A DNA stretch of 61,781 nt, filler included, from Chloroflexota bacterium (GTDB taxonomy: Bacteria; Chloroflexota; Chloroflexia; QHBQ01): the NCBI GenBank assembly GCA_043754535.1. It is 6 parts of 6 records of this genome, joined end to end, with 100 filler letters (N's around TTAATTAATTAA, not from the genome) between each part and the next. Parts side by side here need not be neighbours in the genome. Positions count along the whole stretch, not along the records: positions 2,583 to 22,618 come from JAYUUN010000002.1; positions 22,719 to 42,564 come from JAYUUN010000003.1; 4 more parts are not named here. One strand, 5' to 3'. The position numbers and the translations under genes are program-made. This document shows, piece by piece, positions 20,702 through 30,722 of this stretch. Numbering within the stretch: the first letter of the stretch is position 1; the number at the start of each line of letters is the position of its first letter. The notes under the pieces were generated by a model. That model saw only the letters and a program-made list of their open reading frames with translations, searched no databases and was not told the origin of the DNA.

Positions 20702-20809
20702 CGAAAATCAACCTTTCTGGTGCTGCCAGCTAGCACAGTGGTGCAGGCCGCGACCGCAGCCCCACGCTAATATAACGAACGAAGTCGCCAATAGGTTCAA
20801 CCGAAGCAC

Positions 20810-20842
20810 AAAAAAGTCCCTCTCCCGGCTAAGGAAAGGGAC
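20810..20842 (-). terminator. Rho-independent terminator
   Basis: On minus strand GTCCCTTTCC-loop-GGAGAGGGAC followed by TTTTTT, just after the stop at 20862. Confidence 0.65.
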
Positions 20843-20861
20843 AGGAACAGCAAGCAGGCGG

Positions 20862-22391
20862 CTAGAAGCTACCCACCCTCAGGCTCTCATCGAAGATGCG
20901 CTCCACATCTTGCTGCAAAGCCTGGCTGCTGCGTTGCTTGAGGACTTCGTAGCCAAGCATACCTAGTAGAACGTAGTAGTTACCCTTGCCATCATCGTGC
21001 AACTCGAAGCGGGCGCGCTCAAAGTATTGCACCACGTACTTCTTGCCATCTACCGTGTTGACCTGCTCAAAGCGTTCGGTCAGTGGCAAGCCGAAGATGC
21101 TGAGACCACCGTTCGCTCGCCAGTAGCTAAGAAACGACTTGCTGAGATTGTGTTTGGTTTGCATGAAGTAGAAGTTCTGCTCACCACCTGCGTCTGCCGC
21201 TGCCGCTGTGCTGATCTGCTGTTGGCCTATCAGGTAGCTACCGAGCAGAGAAAGTTGTACCGGGTAGGCGTTGTCTTTAGTGTGGTACTCGAAGCGGGCG
21301 CGCTCAAAGTATTGCACCGTCAGCCCATCCTCCTGCATCTCGTCCGTAAGCGGGTAGCCAAACTGAGCCAGTGCGCCATTGCTGTACCAGTATTGAAGGA
21401 ACGCACCGCCAACTGCGTGTTTGGTCTCGACGAAGTAGCGTGGGCTGGCAGTGTCGTGGCTGACAAAGTAGTTATAGACGCGTCGGGCAATCTTGGGCAT
21501 CACATCACGTGGCACGTCTTCACCGTTCAAGCCCTGGGCGAGAATAGCAATAGCGACTGGCCCGGCTGGGGTAAACATGATACCCGCATCGTGCATTACG
21601 CCATCCAGGCTGCCCGTTTTGTGCGCGACTAGCACGCTAGTGGGCAGGTTGGCGGGGATCAGGTAGTTAAGCTGCTGCTGCAAGAGGATATCGAGCATCC
21701 AGCGGCTCTCCTCAGGGCTGACCAGTTGAGAACTGTACAGCTTCTCAAAGTAGCGCACCATGTCCGCAGGATTGGTCACATTGTCGTTGTCAAAATCGAG
21801 GTGGGTACCACTAAAGCCTGCGTCACTTAGCACGCTATTGATCAGCCGTTGACCCTTGTAGACATCGCCATTGCCGAGGATGCGTATCAAGAAGGAAGCA
21901 GCAGTGTTGTTGCTCTTATCAATCATCAACTCAGCAGCACGTTGGATGGTAAGGGTTGTACCGGGATCGATACCGGGATCGCCATTAGCATAATCCTCAG
22001 TATTGTCGTAGACATCGACATCATGTTTATCATTGTAGCTGATGATGCCATCAGCGTGCAAGCGCGCAATGGTAAGTAGCACGCCCAGTTTATAGAGGCT
22101 AGCAGAGACGAAGCTGTTGTTGGCTCCAACGAAGGCAGTCTGCCCCGTGTCCAGCTTCTTGACCGCGATACCCCAACTACCAGGTAGGTCATTGGTGATA
22201 GAAGCCAGAGTGCCACGCAAGCTCTCATCTGGCACATCAGGCGCACTGCTCCAGCGGATCAGGTAAGATGCAGTGTCGCTAGCCAGTGGGCCAGCAGTGG
22301 TGCTAGCCACTGCTGGGCCAGCAAAGGCCACCTGGTTTAGAGCAAAGGCGAGTAGAAGGAGCAGACAAGTTCGGCGATGTGTTCTCGACAA
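20862..22391 (-). CDS. Secreted class A beta-lactamase-like serine hydrolase with Chloroflexi-type repeats
   Basis: SASLYK (SxxK), SNN, AHKTG motifs; two YFxET/QT-K-H...QYFERARFE repeats. Confidence 0.85.
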   Translation of the reverse strand: MSRTHRRTCLLLLLAFALNQVAFAGPAVASTTAGPLASDTASYLIRWSSAPDVPDESLRGTLASITNDLPGSWGIAVKKLDTGQTAFVGANNSFVSASLYKLGVLLTIARLHADGIISYNDKHDVDVYDNTEDYANGDPGIDPGTTLTIQRAAELMIDKSNNTAASFLIRILGNGDVYKGQRLINSVLSDAGFSGTHLDFDNDNVTNPADMVRYFEKLYSSQLVSPEESRWMLDILLQQQLNYLIPANLPTSVLVAHKTGSLDGVMHDAGIMFTPAGPVAIAILAQGLNGEDVPRDVMPKIARRVYNYFVSHDTASPRYFVETKHAVGGAFLQYWYSNGALAQFGYPLTDEMQEDGLTVQYFERARFEYHTKDNAYPVQLSLLGSYLIGQQQISTAAAADAGGEQNFYFMQTKHNLSKSFLSYWRANGGLSIFGLPLTERFEQVNTVDGKKYVVQYFERARFELHDDGKGNYYVLLGMLGYEVLKQRSSQALQQDVERIFDESLRVGSF

Positions 22392-22462
22392 GGATGCTTA
22401 CCTCAAGCGCATAGTTATCATCGTTGATGATTATACCATAATCGGGCGTGCAGGGGAAGAGC

Positions 22463-22497
22463 AAAAAGCCCGCGCCTGTACATTACAGGCGCGGGCT
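22463..22497 (-). terminator. Rho-independent terminator downstream of the 5S rRNA
   Basis: Perfect stem AGCCCGCGCCTGTA/TACAGGCGCGGGCT with a T-run on the minus strand. Confidence 0.8.
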
Positions 22498-22536
22498 AGT
22501 GCAAGTTTGCGCATTTAGGCCAAAAAAGAAAGAACC

Positions 22537-22618
22537 CCCTCGCAACGTCCATATCTCCCAGGTCATCACAACCCAGTACATCAGGGGCTGCGGTCTTTCA
22601 CTGCCGGGTTCGGGATGG
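22537..22618 (-). rRNA. rrf: 5S rRNA, 3' portion (cut by the contig end)
   Basis: Minus strand CCATCCCGAACCCGGCAGTGAAA...GATGTACTGGG...CCTGGGAGA matches the conserved 5S core. Confidence 0.85.
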
Positions 22619-22718
22619 NNNNNNNNNNNNNNNNNNNNNNNNNNNNNNNNNNNNNNNNNNNNTTAATTAATTAANNNNNNNNNNNNNNNNNNNNNNNNNN
22701 NNNNNNNNNNNNNNNNNN

Positions 22719-23074
22719 AGGGCAGTACCACAGACCAGAGCTACTATGATGATGATAGCGGCAATCATTGCGTTGAGGATCACACCCAGCAGGCTGAGCA
22801 TAAGCACCTGCCAGCGATTGCGCGACCGCTTGTGTAGCAGCAGCGTGATGATGTTGATGATCAAGCCGGGGATGGCAATCATAGCCAGGGAGGGTTCGAG
22901 CAACAAGCTGAGGCTGGCTACGCCCCCTAGCCCCAGGCCCACTGCTGCTACGGCGACAAGCGTATCCACCTCTCTAGCTGGCTGCACTTTGAGGCTGTCA
23001 CGATCATCCTGCGCCTTGTCTGGCTGCGAGACTTGTGGCTCGGCTAGCTGCTCTGGCTGGTAGTAGTTGTTCAT
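22719..23074 (-). CDS. Small membrane protein (runs off the contig start)
   Basis: AGGAG RBS, three hydrophobic helices. Confidence 0.6.
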
Positions 23075-23149
23075 CTTGCTCCTCTACCCCTATCTACGCA
23101 GCGGATTGCGGCAAGGTTGCAGCCCAGTTAGTTGACTGATCGCCGCCCG

Positions 23150-23701
23150 CTAGTGCCGTCCCATCCAGCCGAACAGCGAGTTAAAGAGGCTGCTGAAGAA
23201 CAGGCCGCAGGCGAACAGCAGCGAGAGCATCCCATTGAGGATCAGGCTCAGGATGCTAACCGCCAGCACCGTTCCCGGTCTGGTTGCGAAGCCGTGTAGG
23301 GCAATGGTAACAACCGCCAGCAGGAGGCCCAGCACAGCAGTCCCCATCAACGTCAGGCTGTAGATGCCGCCGAACAGAGCGAGGGGTACGATAGCCAGGC
23401 CCAGCCAGGCCAGCACACCCACTACTCTGGCAACCAGTAGGGGATCGAACGGGCCGCGCTTGCCGTTCGCACCGTAAGCCTGCTGGATCGCATCGATGCC
23501 GAGGTCGTCGGTGGGTGGGCGATAGTCGTCGCGGGGATAGATGGGACGCGGCTGGATTTCGCGCTGGCGGGGGACTGGCGGCGGTATCTCACGGCGGGGT
23601 GCGGGTATCTCCACCCGAATCAGGGGCGGCTGCGGGCGTGGCTGTTCGCCAGACGGCTCGATCTCCCTGCGCTTGCGTTGCTCGTCCATACTCACCCCCA
23701 T
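23150..23701 (-). CDS. Membrane protein with Pro/Arg-rich N-terminus
   Basis: Three C-terminal TM helices; resembles neighbouring small membrane genes. Confidence 0.65.
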   Translation of the reverse strand: MGVSMDEQRKRREIEPSGEQPRPQPPLIRVEIPAPRREIPPPVPRQREIQPRPIYPRDDYRPPTDDLGIDAIQQAYGANGKRGPFDPLLVARVVGVLAWLGLAIVPLALFGGIYSLTLMGTAVLGLLLAVVTIALHGFATRPGTVLAVSILSLILNGMLSLLFACGLFFSSLFNSLFGWMGRH

Positions 23702-23723
23702 TGCTTCCCTTGTGGAGAACGTG

Positions 23724-24089
23724 TAAAGAACGTGGTAGCCCGGCGACCAGCAGTAGCAGTGCGCTAACCGCCAGCAGCAGCGCAGCCCCAGCCACCGCCA
23801 GCGTCACCCCCGGCTCAAGTCCCTGCTTGCGGGTGGCAATGGCGTTGAAGGCACAGACGGTACCGAGGATCGCCAGCAAGCCGAAGCAGGGTTGCAAGTA
23901 GGCAGCGAATGCCCCCAGGCTGCTCAGCACCCCCGCACAGGCGACCGCGAGGGGGGTATTGGGGTCGGGCAGGTCGGTGTTGTCTATCCGCCAGCGGGCG
24001 GCACGTTGGCGCAACTCCGCCGCCTCGGCCTGCGTCAGTTGCTCGTCGTCGTCCAGTTCATCGAACTCGTCAATCTGGTTGCGTCTCAT
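23724..24089 (-). CDS. Small membrane protein (DUF4190-like); ends at TTA 23724-23726 (standard-code end 23589)
   Basis: Acidic N-terminus plus three TM helices; TTA immediately after the last helix. Confidence 0.6.
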
Positions 24090-24122
24090 GCTGTTTGGCT
24101 GAGCATAGTTTGTGCCAGCCGT

Positions 24123-25124
24123 CTAGATCAGGCTGAGGACTAGAGCAACGACCACGACTAGCAGAGTAGCAAACAGGCCGCACCCTGGTTTCTTGTCCTC
24201 TTGTTTTACCGCTGCCAGGTCTGTTTGTCTTATCTTTGTTGCGTAAGCCAGGACTTCTACTGGCCGCTGCATCAGGGTATCGATCAACTGGCTGGCATCT
24301 GTCTTGCTCGTCTCGGCTATGTCTGTCTTGAAGGTAGCCATTACATATTGGTTGATCTCGCTGGGCTTCAGCTTCAGCCTGTCGCTGGCGATCCCGTAGA
24401 TCGCATCAACTTGCTTCTCTGTTGCTTTGCTGCCAGCGGTGTTCATACCCGCTAGTTGACCCTGCTCGACATAAAGCATATCCTCAGCTAGCCTTCTCCG
24501 TGTTGGTACTCGCTTACCCGAAGCTACCTGCCTGAGCATATCAGCCACCTCCGTAGAGATGTTATGGCAGGCTGGATCGCTCCAGCGTTCGTTAAACCAG
24601 CTTGTCAGCTTGTCACAGGTGTCTGTGTCCAAGATGTTGACGTTCAGCTCGCCCTGCTGGTTTAGCCCGGCCATCGTCATGTTGCTGCTGCCAAGATAAC
24701 CAATCACCGGGTTGTCGGCATCCTCGCGGTAGACCAGGTAGAGTTTGGCGTGCAGCTTGTGCTTGAGGAACAGCTTGATCACCACTTTGCCTTGCTCTAG
24801 CAAGTTGCTGAGTTTATAGAGTTCCTCCTTGTTGCGCTCATCTAGCTTGCCCATGGTCAATTGTGCTGCGAAGTTCTCTGCGATCTTCTGCTTCAGCGGC
24901 TCTATAGCCGAAGCATCGACGTTACCGAGCGATTCCTGCATCCCGATGATCAGGCGGCAACAATGGCCGTCACCGCCCGGCCAGGTGGCAACAATGCGAC
25001 CAACCCTGTTCCAGCCCGCCAGCGAGATGTAGCCAACACAAATGTCAGCCCGATAGGCCGGATTGAGGCTTCTCTCCAACGCTGGCAGCAGCTTCAGCCC
25101 GATATTGTCATAGACGCGTGGCAT
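24123..25124 (-). CDS. Phospholipase D-family (NgoFVII/helicase N-terminal type) protein with C-terminal membrane anchor
   Basis: ADICVGY, LHAKLYL...GYLGSSNMT...QGELNV; GGAG RBS before ATG 25124. Confidence 0.8.
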   Translation of the reverse strand: MPRVYDNIGLKLLPALERSLNPAYRADICVGYISLAGWNRVGRIVATWPGGDGHCCRLIIGMQESLGNVDASAIEPLKQKIAENFAAQLTMGKLDERNKEELYKLSNLLEQGKVVIKLFLKHKLHAKLYLVYREDADNPVIGYLGSSNMTMAGLNQQGELNVNILDTDTCDKLTSWFNERWSDPACHNISTEVADMLRQVASGKRVPTRRRLAEDMLYVEQGQLAGMNTAGSKATEKQVDAIYGIASDRLKLKPSEINQYVMATFKTDIAETSKTDASQLIDTLMQRPVEVLAYATKIRQTDLAAVKQEDKKPGCGLFATLLVVVVALVLSLI

Positions 25125-25488
25125 ATCGATCTCCAACTTTGCAACTTGCAAATCCAAAAGTAGTGGGTCACCGCTCGGCACTCCTCCATTGTACTACAAC
25201 AGCCTGCTATTGTCTACCAGCTGTCACCCTCTGATAGGCTTTGTGCAAGAAGATAAGCGAGACCCCTTCTTGTATATGAGGCTAGCAGATCATCAGCTCC
25301 GTAGGAAGGTTCACGCATGGTTCGGTACGCTGCATAGGTGTTTGTTTCAGGCAAGGGCTGGCTCTGGTACCAGCCAGTTCAGCCAATGGAAAACACCCTA
25401 TCCGCGATGGGTTACAAAGCGGCCACCATCATGTATAATAGCCGCAACGACGTTCGCCCCACCCACCTTCTGCCTTTGGAGTGCCGCC

Positions 25489-27180
25489 TTGAAGAAAAGC
25501 CAGCTTACCGCCCTGCTCGTCCTCGTCCTCACTGCCAGCTTGTTGTCCAGCTTTGAGCCACAACCCACACGGGCAGCCGCCCCCAACAAGGTTGGAGTCA
25601 ACCTGGCGGGCTTCTACGATACTGCCTACCTGCGGGCTACTGCCCGTGCGGTTGGCGAGTGGGGCTACGTGGGGGTGCTGACCTCGCCCGACCAAGCGTT
25701 CCGCCTACAACAACTGCTCGACGACTGTGCCAGCCTGCACCTGATCCCTCTGCTGCGCATCAGCGTGACGGGCGGCCAGGATGACCGATGGGAGAAGCCG
25801 CAACTGCGCGATGCCCTCTTTTGGGTTAACGTCTTCAACACCCTCAACTGGCACGACCTGCCGCGCCTGCTCGTAGTCAACAACGAAGTCAACCTCGACC
25901 AGGAGTGGGGTGGCAAGGCGAACCCTGCCGAGTACGCCGATTGGCTCAGTCTCTTTGCCCGCACTATTCGTGCTACGGCCAGCCCACCCGGTGCGTACAA
26001 GATCATGATGAGCGCACTGACCCTCGGTGCGTCCGACGAGTCGGGGCAGACTATCCACCCCGCGACCTTCGTCAAGGGGATGAAGGCCGCGATCCCTGAC
26101 ATCTTCAATCAGGTTGACGGTACGGCGATCAACATCTACACCCTGCGCCCCTACACCGACAATCGCCGTTGGAACTATCTGGGCTACCGCGAACAGCTCG
26201 ATCTGATGGGCCGTGATGTGCCGGTCTACATCATGGAGGAAGGTCTCGACCCTCACTTCCCCTACACCGACCAGGATTTGGCCGACCAGGTACGGATCGG
26301 TTGGCCGACCTGGCAGAACGATCCCCTAGTCGTCACTGTCATGCCGTTGGCTTACGTGCCGGGGGTGTACCTGCCAGAAGATATGCGGCATAGTGGCGGC
26401 TTCTGGTTCTTCGGGCTGGATGGGGGGGGCAGCGTGACCGCTATCTCACGCACCTACGCTGCGCTTGCCAGCATTGCCGATGACCCCAACCACCAGCCAC
26501 CCTACAGCGCGCAGGATGAGCTAATCCGTGCCTTCTTGCCCGCTTATGGCCCCCGCCTCGGTGGCGATGTCTACTTCGCAGAGGTTCGGCACAACCTCGA
26601 CACGCGCTTCGTGGCGGCGTGGCAGGCGGGCGGCGGACTGGCGATGTTTGGCTACCCACTGCATGAGGCGGTAGCACAGGACGGCAATCTGATCCAGTAT
26701 ACAGAGCGGGCGCGCTTTGAGTTGCACCCTGACGGCAAAGGTGGCGCAAGCCTCCAGTTCGGCTTGTTGGGGCGCGAGGCTCTGTTGGCGCAGGGGCGCA
26801 GCTTCCCGCCTGTTGCTCCCCTCTACCAGCCGACTGTCACCGCCAGTCCCAGCCCCCTGGCGACGGCCACGCCGAAGGGGAAGGTAGTGCAACCAGCCGT
26901 GGCTACCCCCTCGCCAACCGCCGTCGCTGCCCCGCTTGCGGACTTTCTCTACTATCCGCAAACCAGCCACAACATTAGCGGCCCCTTCCTCACTTACTGG
27001 CGGGCGCAAGGTGGGTTGGCTACCTTTGGCTACCCACTCTCGGAGCCAATGCTAGAGGGTGACCTGTTGGTGCAATACTTTGAGCGGGGACGGCTTGAAC
27101 TACACGCCAATAGTAGCGTTACCCTGGGTCGGTTGGGCTACGAATTGGCCCGCCGCCTCGACCTCAAGGGCTATTGGTGA
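25489..27180 (+). CDS. Secreted putative glycoside hydrolase with Chloroflexi-type repeats
   Basis: Signal peptide after TTG 25489, NNEVN and IMEEG motifs, FGYPL...QY(T/F)ER(A/G)R(F/L)ELH repeats. Confidence 0.75.
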   Translation: MKKSQLTALLVLVLTASLLSSFEPQPTRAAAPNKVGVNLAGFYDTAYLRATARAVGEWGYVGVLTSPDQAFRLQQLLDDCASLHLIPLLRISVTGGQDDRWEKPQLRDALFWVNVFNTLNWHDLPRLLVVNNEVNLDQEWGGKANPAEYADWLSLFARTIRATASPPGAYKIMMSALTLGASDESGQTIHPATFVKGMKAAIPDIFNQVDGTAINIYTLRPYTDNRRWNYLGYREQLDLMGRDVPVYIMEEGLDPHFPYTDQDLADQVRIGWPTWQNDPLVVTVMPLAYVPGVYLPEDMRHSGGFWFFGLDGGGSVTAISRTYAALASIADDPNHQPPYSAQDELIRAFLPAYGPRLGGDVYFAEVRHNLDTRFVAAWQAGGGLAMFGYPLHEAVAQDGNLIQYTERARFELHPDGKGGASLQFGLLGREALLAQGRSFPPVAPLYQPTVTASPSPLATATPKGKVVQPAVATPSPTAVAAPLADFLYYPQTSHNISGPFLTYWRAQGGLATFGYPLSEPMLEGDLLVQYFERGRLELHANSSVTLGRLGYELARRLDLKGYW

Positions 27181-27199
27181 TAGCGAGCCGCTGCGGAGG

Positions 27200-28627
27200 C
27201 TATCTGCCAGCGGGTTGTGGCACCATGGCTAAGCGGGTTGGGGCCACGCTGCTGGCTGCTGGCTGTGCTGCCCGCCGCTGTACCTTCATCAGCACGTCAG
27301 CGTTTGGTCGCAGGGTCAGGATCGGGGAGAACCCTACTGTCCCCTGCCCCTGCGCGGCGAAGCGCACGTGCTGGCAGATGGTGGCGAGTAGTAGTTGTGC
27401 CTCCATCAGGGCGAAGTGCATCCCGATGCAGATGCGTGGCCCTGCCCCGAATGCCATGTAGGCATAGCGTGGCAGCGACTTCTCGAACTCAGCAGTCCAA
27501 CGGTCAGGGTTGAAGCGTTCTGGCTCTGGGTAGTAGTCGGGTCGGTGGTGGATGCTGTAAATGTCCACTACCGGTACGTGCCAGCGGCTGATGCGGTAGC
27601 CGCCCAGTTCGTAGTCGTGCAGGGGTTGGCGAGCAATAGAGTCGGCGGGCGGGTAGAGGCGCATCGCTTCCTTGACCACTTGTGCGCTGTAGGGCAGGTT
27701 GGCGAGGTCAGCGTAGGTGGCAGCCCTGCCTTGCAGCGCACCGTCTACCTCGGCCAGCAGCTTGTCATAGCTGGCTGGGTTGTTCGCCAGCAGGTAGAAG
27801 GCCCAGGTGAGGGCGACGGCAGTCGTCTCATGCCCGGCCAGAAAGAGAGTGAGAGCTTCGGTTAGCACCTGCTGGTCGTCCATGCTCTGCCCCTGCTCAT
27901 CCTTCGCCGCCAGGAGCATGGAGAGCAGGTCGTTGCGTTCCTCTGGGCTGCGCTTGCGCTCGTCAATCATCGCCTGTACCCGCTGCTGAATGATTGCGTT
28001 CGCCTGCCGCGCCCTGCGGTTGGCGGCGGTTGGCACCGCGAGTGGTAGTTGGAAGAGCTGTGCGGTGCGCTTGCCAGTGAAGGTGACGACCTCCGCCACT
28101 GCTGCGCCAAGCTCATCCGCCTCGCTGAAGACCTCGGCATCGAACAGAGCTTTGCCCACCACCCTCATTGTCAGGGCAGCCATCTCGTGGCTAATCTCGA
28201 CGGTGGCACCCTCGCGCCAGCCCGCCTGGGCCTGCTCTGTATAGCGCACCATCGTCTCGGCGTAGCTGGCAACGCGGCGGGCAGTGAAGGCGGGGGCCAT
28301 CAGCTTGCGTTGCTTGCGCCAGTCCTCCCCCTCACTGGTGAACAGCCCATCGCCTGCGAAGGCAGTACGGAAGGCGCGGGCGATCCCCGCAGGCTTGTTA
28401 TTGTCGGCTGCGTGTTCCACCATCAGGCTTTGCACCAGGTTAGCATCGGCTATCACGATCATTTTGAAGGGGCCGAAGTAGACCCAGCCAATCGGCCCGC
28501 ACTCGTGCGTCACTCGGCTGAGGAAGCTGACGCGGTTCTTGCGGAACAGGCTGATGTTGCCAAACATTCGGTTGTTGCTTACCGCTGGCATCTTGCGGGC
28601 GGGGCTGGCTTGCGTCTTGGTTACCAT
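27200..28627 (-). CDS. Cytochrome P450
   Basis: AGHETT I-helix, EAMRLYP ExxR, FGAGPRICIG heme motif; GAGG RBS before ATG 28627. Confidence 0.96.
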   Translation of the reverse strand: MVTKTQASPARKMPAVSNNRMFGNISLFRKNRVSFLSRVTHECGPIGWVYFGPFKMIVIADANLVQSLMVEHAADNNKPAGIARAFRTAFAGDGLFTSEGEDWRKQRKLMAPAFTARRVASYAETMVRYTEQAQAGWREGATVEISHEMAALTMRVVGKALFDAEVFSEADELGAAVAEVVTFTGKRTAQLFQLPLAVPTAANRRARQANAIIQQRVQAMIDERKRSPEERNDLLSMLLAAKDEQGQSMDDQQVLTEALTLFLAGHETTAVALTWAFYLLANNPASYDKLLAEVDGALQGRAATYADLANLPYSAQVVKEAMRLYPPADSIARQPLHDYELGGYRISRWHVPVVDIYSIHHRPDYYPEPERFNPDRWTAEFEKSLPRYAYMAFGAGPRICIGMHFALMEAQLLLATICQHVRFAAQGQGTVGFSPILTLRPNADVLMKVQRRAAQPAASSVAPTRLAMVPQPAGR

Positions 28628-28858
28628 TGCGCTAACCTCTTTCATCATCTTGCGGCTGGCAGCTATCTGCATCAAACCTAGTAAGCACATCTCTGGCTTA
28701 CCCTGATGTTGTTAGTGAAATTATATACAAAGTCAGCAGACTTGTCAATGGGTTCGTTGCCGATTTCACAAACCTCGTACTTTTGGGAGAGCTAGCCAGC
28801 CGGTTTTTGCTAAGGTGTAGCTATTGACCGCTTGCCGATTAGCAACTATAATGGTGGC

Positions 28859-30319
28859 ATGAGCAAGGAACGTGATAGCATCTACGACCTGATCCATGCG
28901 CGGGAAGCCAGTGGTAGCCCACTGGACGCTGGCAACCTGAGCGCAGCAGTCAGCCAGCGGCTGGCAGAGCGCACTGCTGGCAAGCCGCCTGCTTTGCCGC
29001 CAGCAACTAGCGTCTATGCCGAGGTGACTGACCGTCTACGCCCCAGCCAGCAACATCCCCAACGCATCGCCAAGTACACGCTCGAAAAGTACCAGGCAGA
29101 GACGGCCACAGGCGAGAGCTACTGGGTGTTGAAGGACAACTACAAGGCTAACTACCTGCGGCTGGGCGATGAGCAAGTCTACCTCTGGTCGCTGCTCGAT
29201 GGCAAGCACACGATGCGCGAACTGAGTATGGCCTATGTGCAGAAGTACCATGGCAACCCGCTGGCGGTGCCGAAGGCAGTTGACCTGTTCGACGATGGGG
29301 GCTTCCTGCTAGATAGCGGTCTACACATCTACCAGGATGTTGGTCAGCGGTCGCGCCAGGTGGCCACTGAGCGCAGGCCCCTACGCCGCCTACTCAAGCG
29401 GCTCTCTTTCCTCGACCTGGGCCGCACCTTCAGCAACGTGGATGAGCCGCTCAGCTGCCTCTACAACGCGGGCGGCCACCTGTTCTACCGACCGACCATG
29501 CTGGCGGCTTACCTGGTGATCACCCTGGTGGGGCTGATGCTGTTCGCCAACTACTTCTTCAGCAGGCGGTTCGACCTGATCGCTGGGGCAGACAGCGGTG
29601 GGGCTGGTTGGTCGCTGGTCGCCCTCTATGCCGCCTACTTCTCCTCGATCCTACTGCACGAATTGGCCCACGCTCTGACCTGCAAGCACTATGGGCGTGA
29701 GGTGCATCGCGGCGGCTTCATGCTCTACTTCGGCCTGCCCGCTGTGTTCGTAGACACCGATGATATGTGGCTGGCCGACCGCAAAGCGCGAGTGATGGTA
29801 AGCTGGGCGGGGCCACTCTCTACCCTGGTGGTGGCGGGGGTGTGCAGCATTACGCTGTTCTTCCTGCCGCCCGGCAGTGGCCTAGCCAGCGCACTCTACG
29901 CCCTTGCCTTCACCAGCTACCTCAACAGCTTCTTCAACCTCAACCCGCTGCTCGAACTAGACGGCTACTTTATGCTGATGGACTGGCTAGAGTTGCCGCA
30001 GTTGCGCCGCCGGGCCTTCACCTTTGTCAACAAACGGCTGGTGGGCAAGCTGCTACGCCGCGAGAGCTTTGATCGCGAGGGGCGCATCTTCACCATCTTT
30101 GGCGTATTGGCTGCGATCTACGCGGTGATAACGGTCTGGCTAGCTCTCAGCTTCTTCGCTGAACTAGCCCGTTGGCTGGCAACTCCCTTCGGCAGTCTTG
30201 GCGACAACCTGGCTTACGCTATCGCCCTCGCGCTGCTGCTGCTCATCTATCGGCAACGGCTGCTGCGCCTGCTAGGGCGGGTGTTCGTCAGGCGCGAGGG
30301 GCGGGCCGTCGCATCGTAG
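28859..30319 (+). CDS. M50-family (site-2) zinc metalloprotease-like membrane protein with PqqD-like N-terminal region
   Basis: LLHELAHA (HExxH), WAGP, FNLNPLLELDGY; TTGACC-17-TATAAT promoter 6 nt upstream. Confidence 0.85.
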   Translation: MSKERDSIYDLIHAREASGSPLDAGNLSAAVSQRLAERTAGKPPALPPATSVYAEVTDRLRPSQQHPQRIAKYTLEKYQAETATGESYWVLKDNYKANYLRLGDEQVYLWSLLDGKHTMRELSMAYVQKYHGNPLAVPKAVDLFDDGGFLLDSGLHIYQDVGQRSRQVATERRPLRRLLKRLSFLDLGRTFSNVDEPLSCLYNAGGHLFYRPTMLAAYLVITLVGLMLFANYFFSRRFDLIAGADSGGAGWSLVALYAAYFSSILLHELAHALTCKHYGREVHRGGFMLYFGLPAVFVDTDDMWLADRKARVMVSWAGPLSTLVVAGVCSITLFFLPPGSGLASALYALAFTSYLNSFFNLNPLLELDGYFMLMDWLELPQLRRRAFTFVNKRLVGKLLRRESFDREGRIFTIFGVLAAIYAVITVWLALSFFAELARWLATPFGSLGDNLAYAIALALLLLIYRQRLLRLLGRVFVRREGRAVAS

Positions 30320-30358
30320 TTCGTGTGGGGCGCAGGAGTTTAGACAGGAGGTTTCACC

Positions 30359-30577
30359 ATGCTATGTTGGGTATGCAACAAACCGGCGAATGGGGTCTGC
30401 CAGTTCTGTGGACGGGCGATCTGCAAGGCAGATGCAAAGCGGATGCCCTACATCGTCACCGCTTACCTCGACCACAAAGGGGTGCCAGAGGTACTTGTTA
30501 CCGAGGATGTTCTGTTTTGTGGGGTCTGCAAACCAGCCAGCAAGACAATTGAGATACCAGAGATGGATGCGACCTGA
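30359..30577 (+). CDS. Small Cys-rich zinc-binding protein
   Basis: CWVC...CQFC...C...CGVC; AGGAGG RBS. Confidence 0.75.
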   Translation: MLCWVCNKPANGVCQFCGRAICKADAKRMPYIVTAYLDHKGVPEVLVTEDVLFCGVCKPASKTIEIPEMDAT

Positions 30578-30722
30578 GCAACCTTACCGCCAACCTTACA
30601 ACTATCTGCGCCTGCCTTATGCGATTTGGCAAGGGGGTACCAATTTGCCAGTACCTTTTAGCCAAAAGTACCAGCCTTAATCTGCCGAAGCTGGCGTATA
30701 ATAGATAGTGGGTTAGGAGGAA

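Noticed and set aside
28628..28690. In-frame TTA in the ORF-track N-terminal extension of the P450 as a counter-example
   Set aside because: It lies upstream of the RBS-supported start at 28627, so it is not internal
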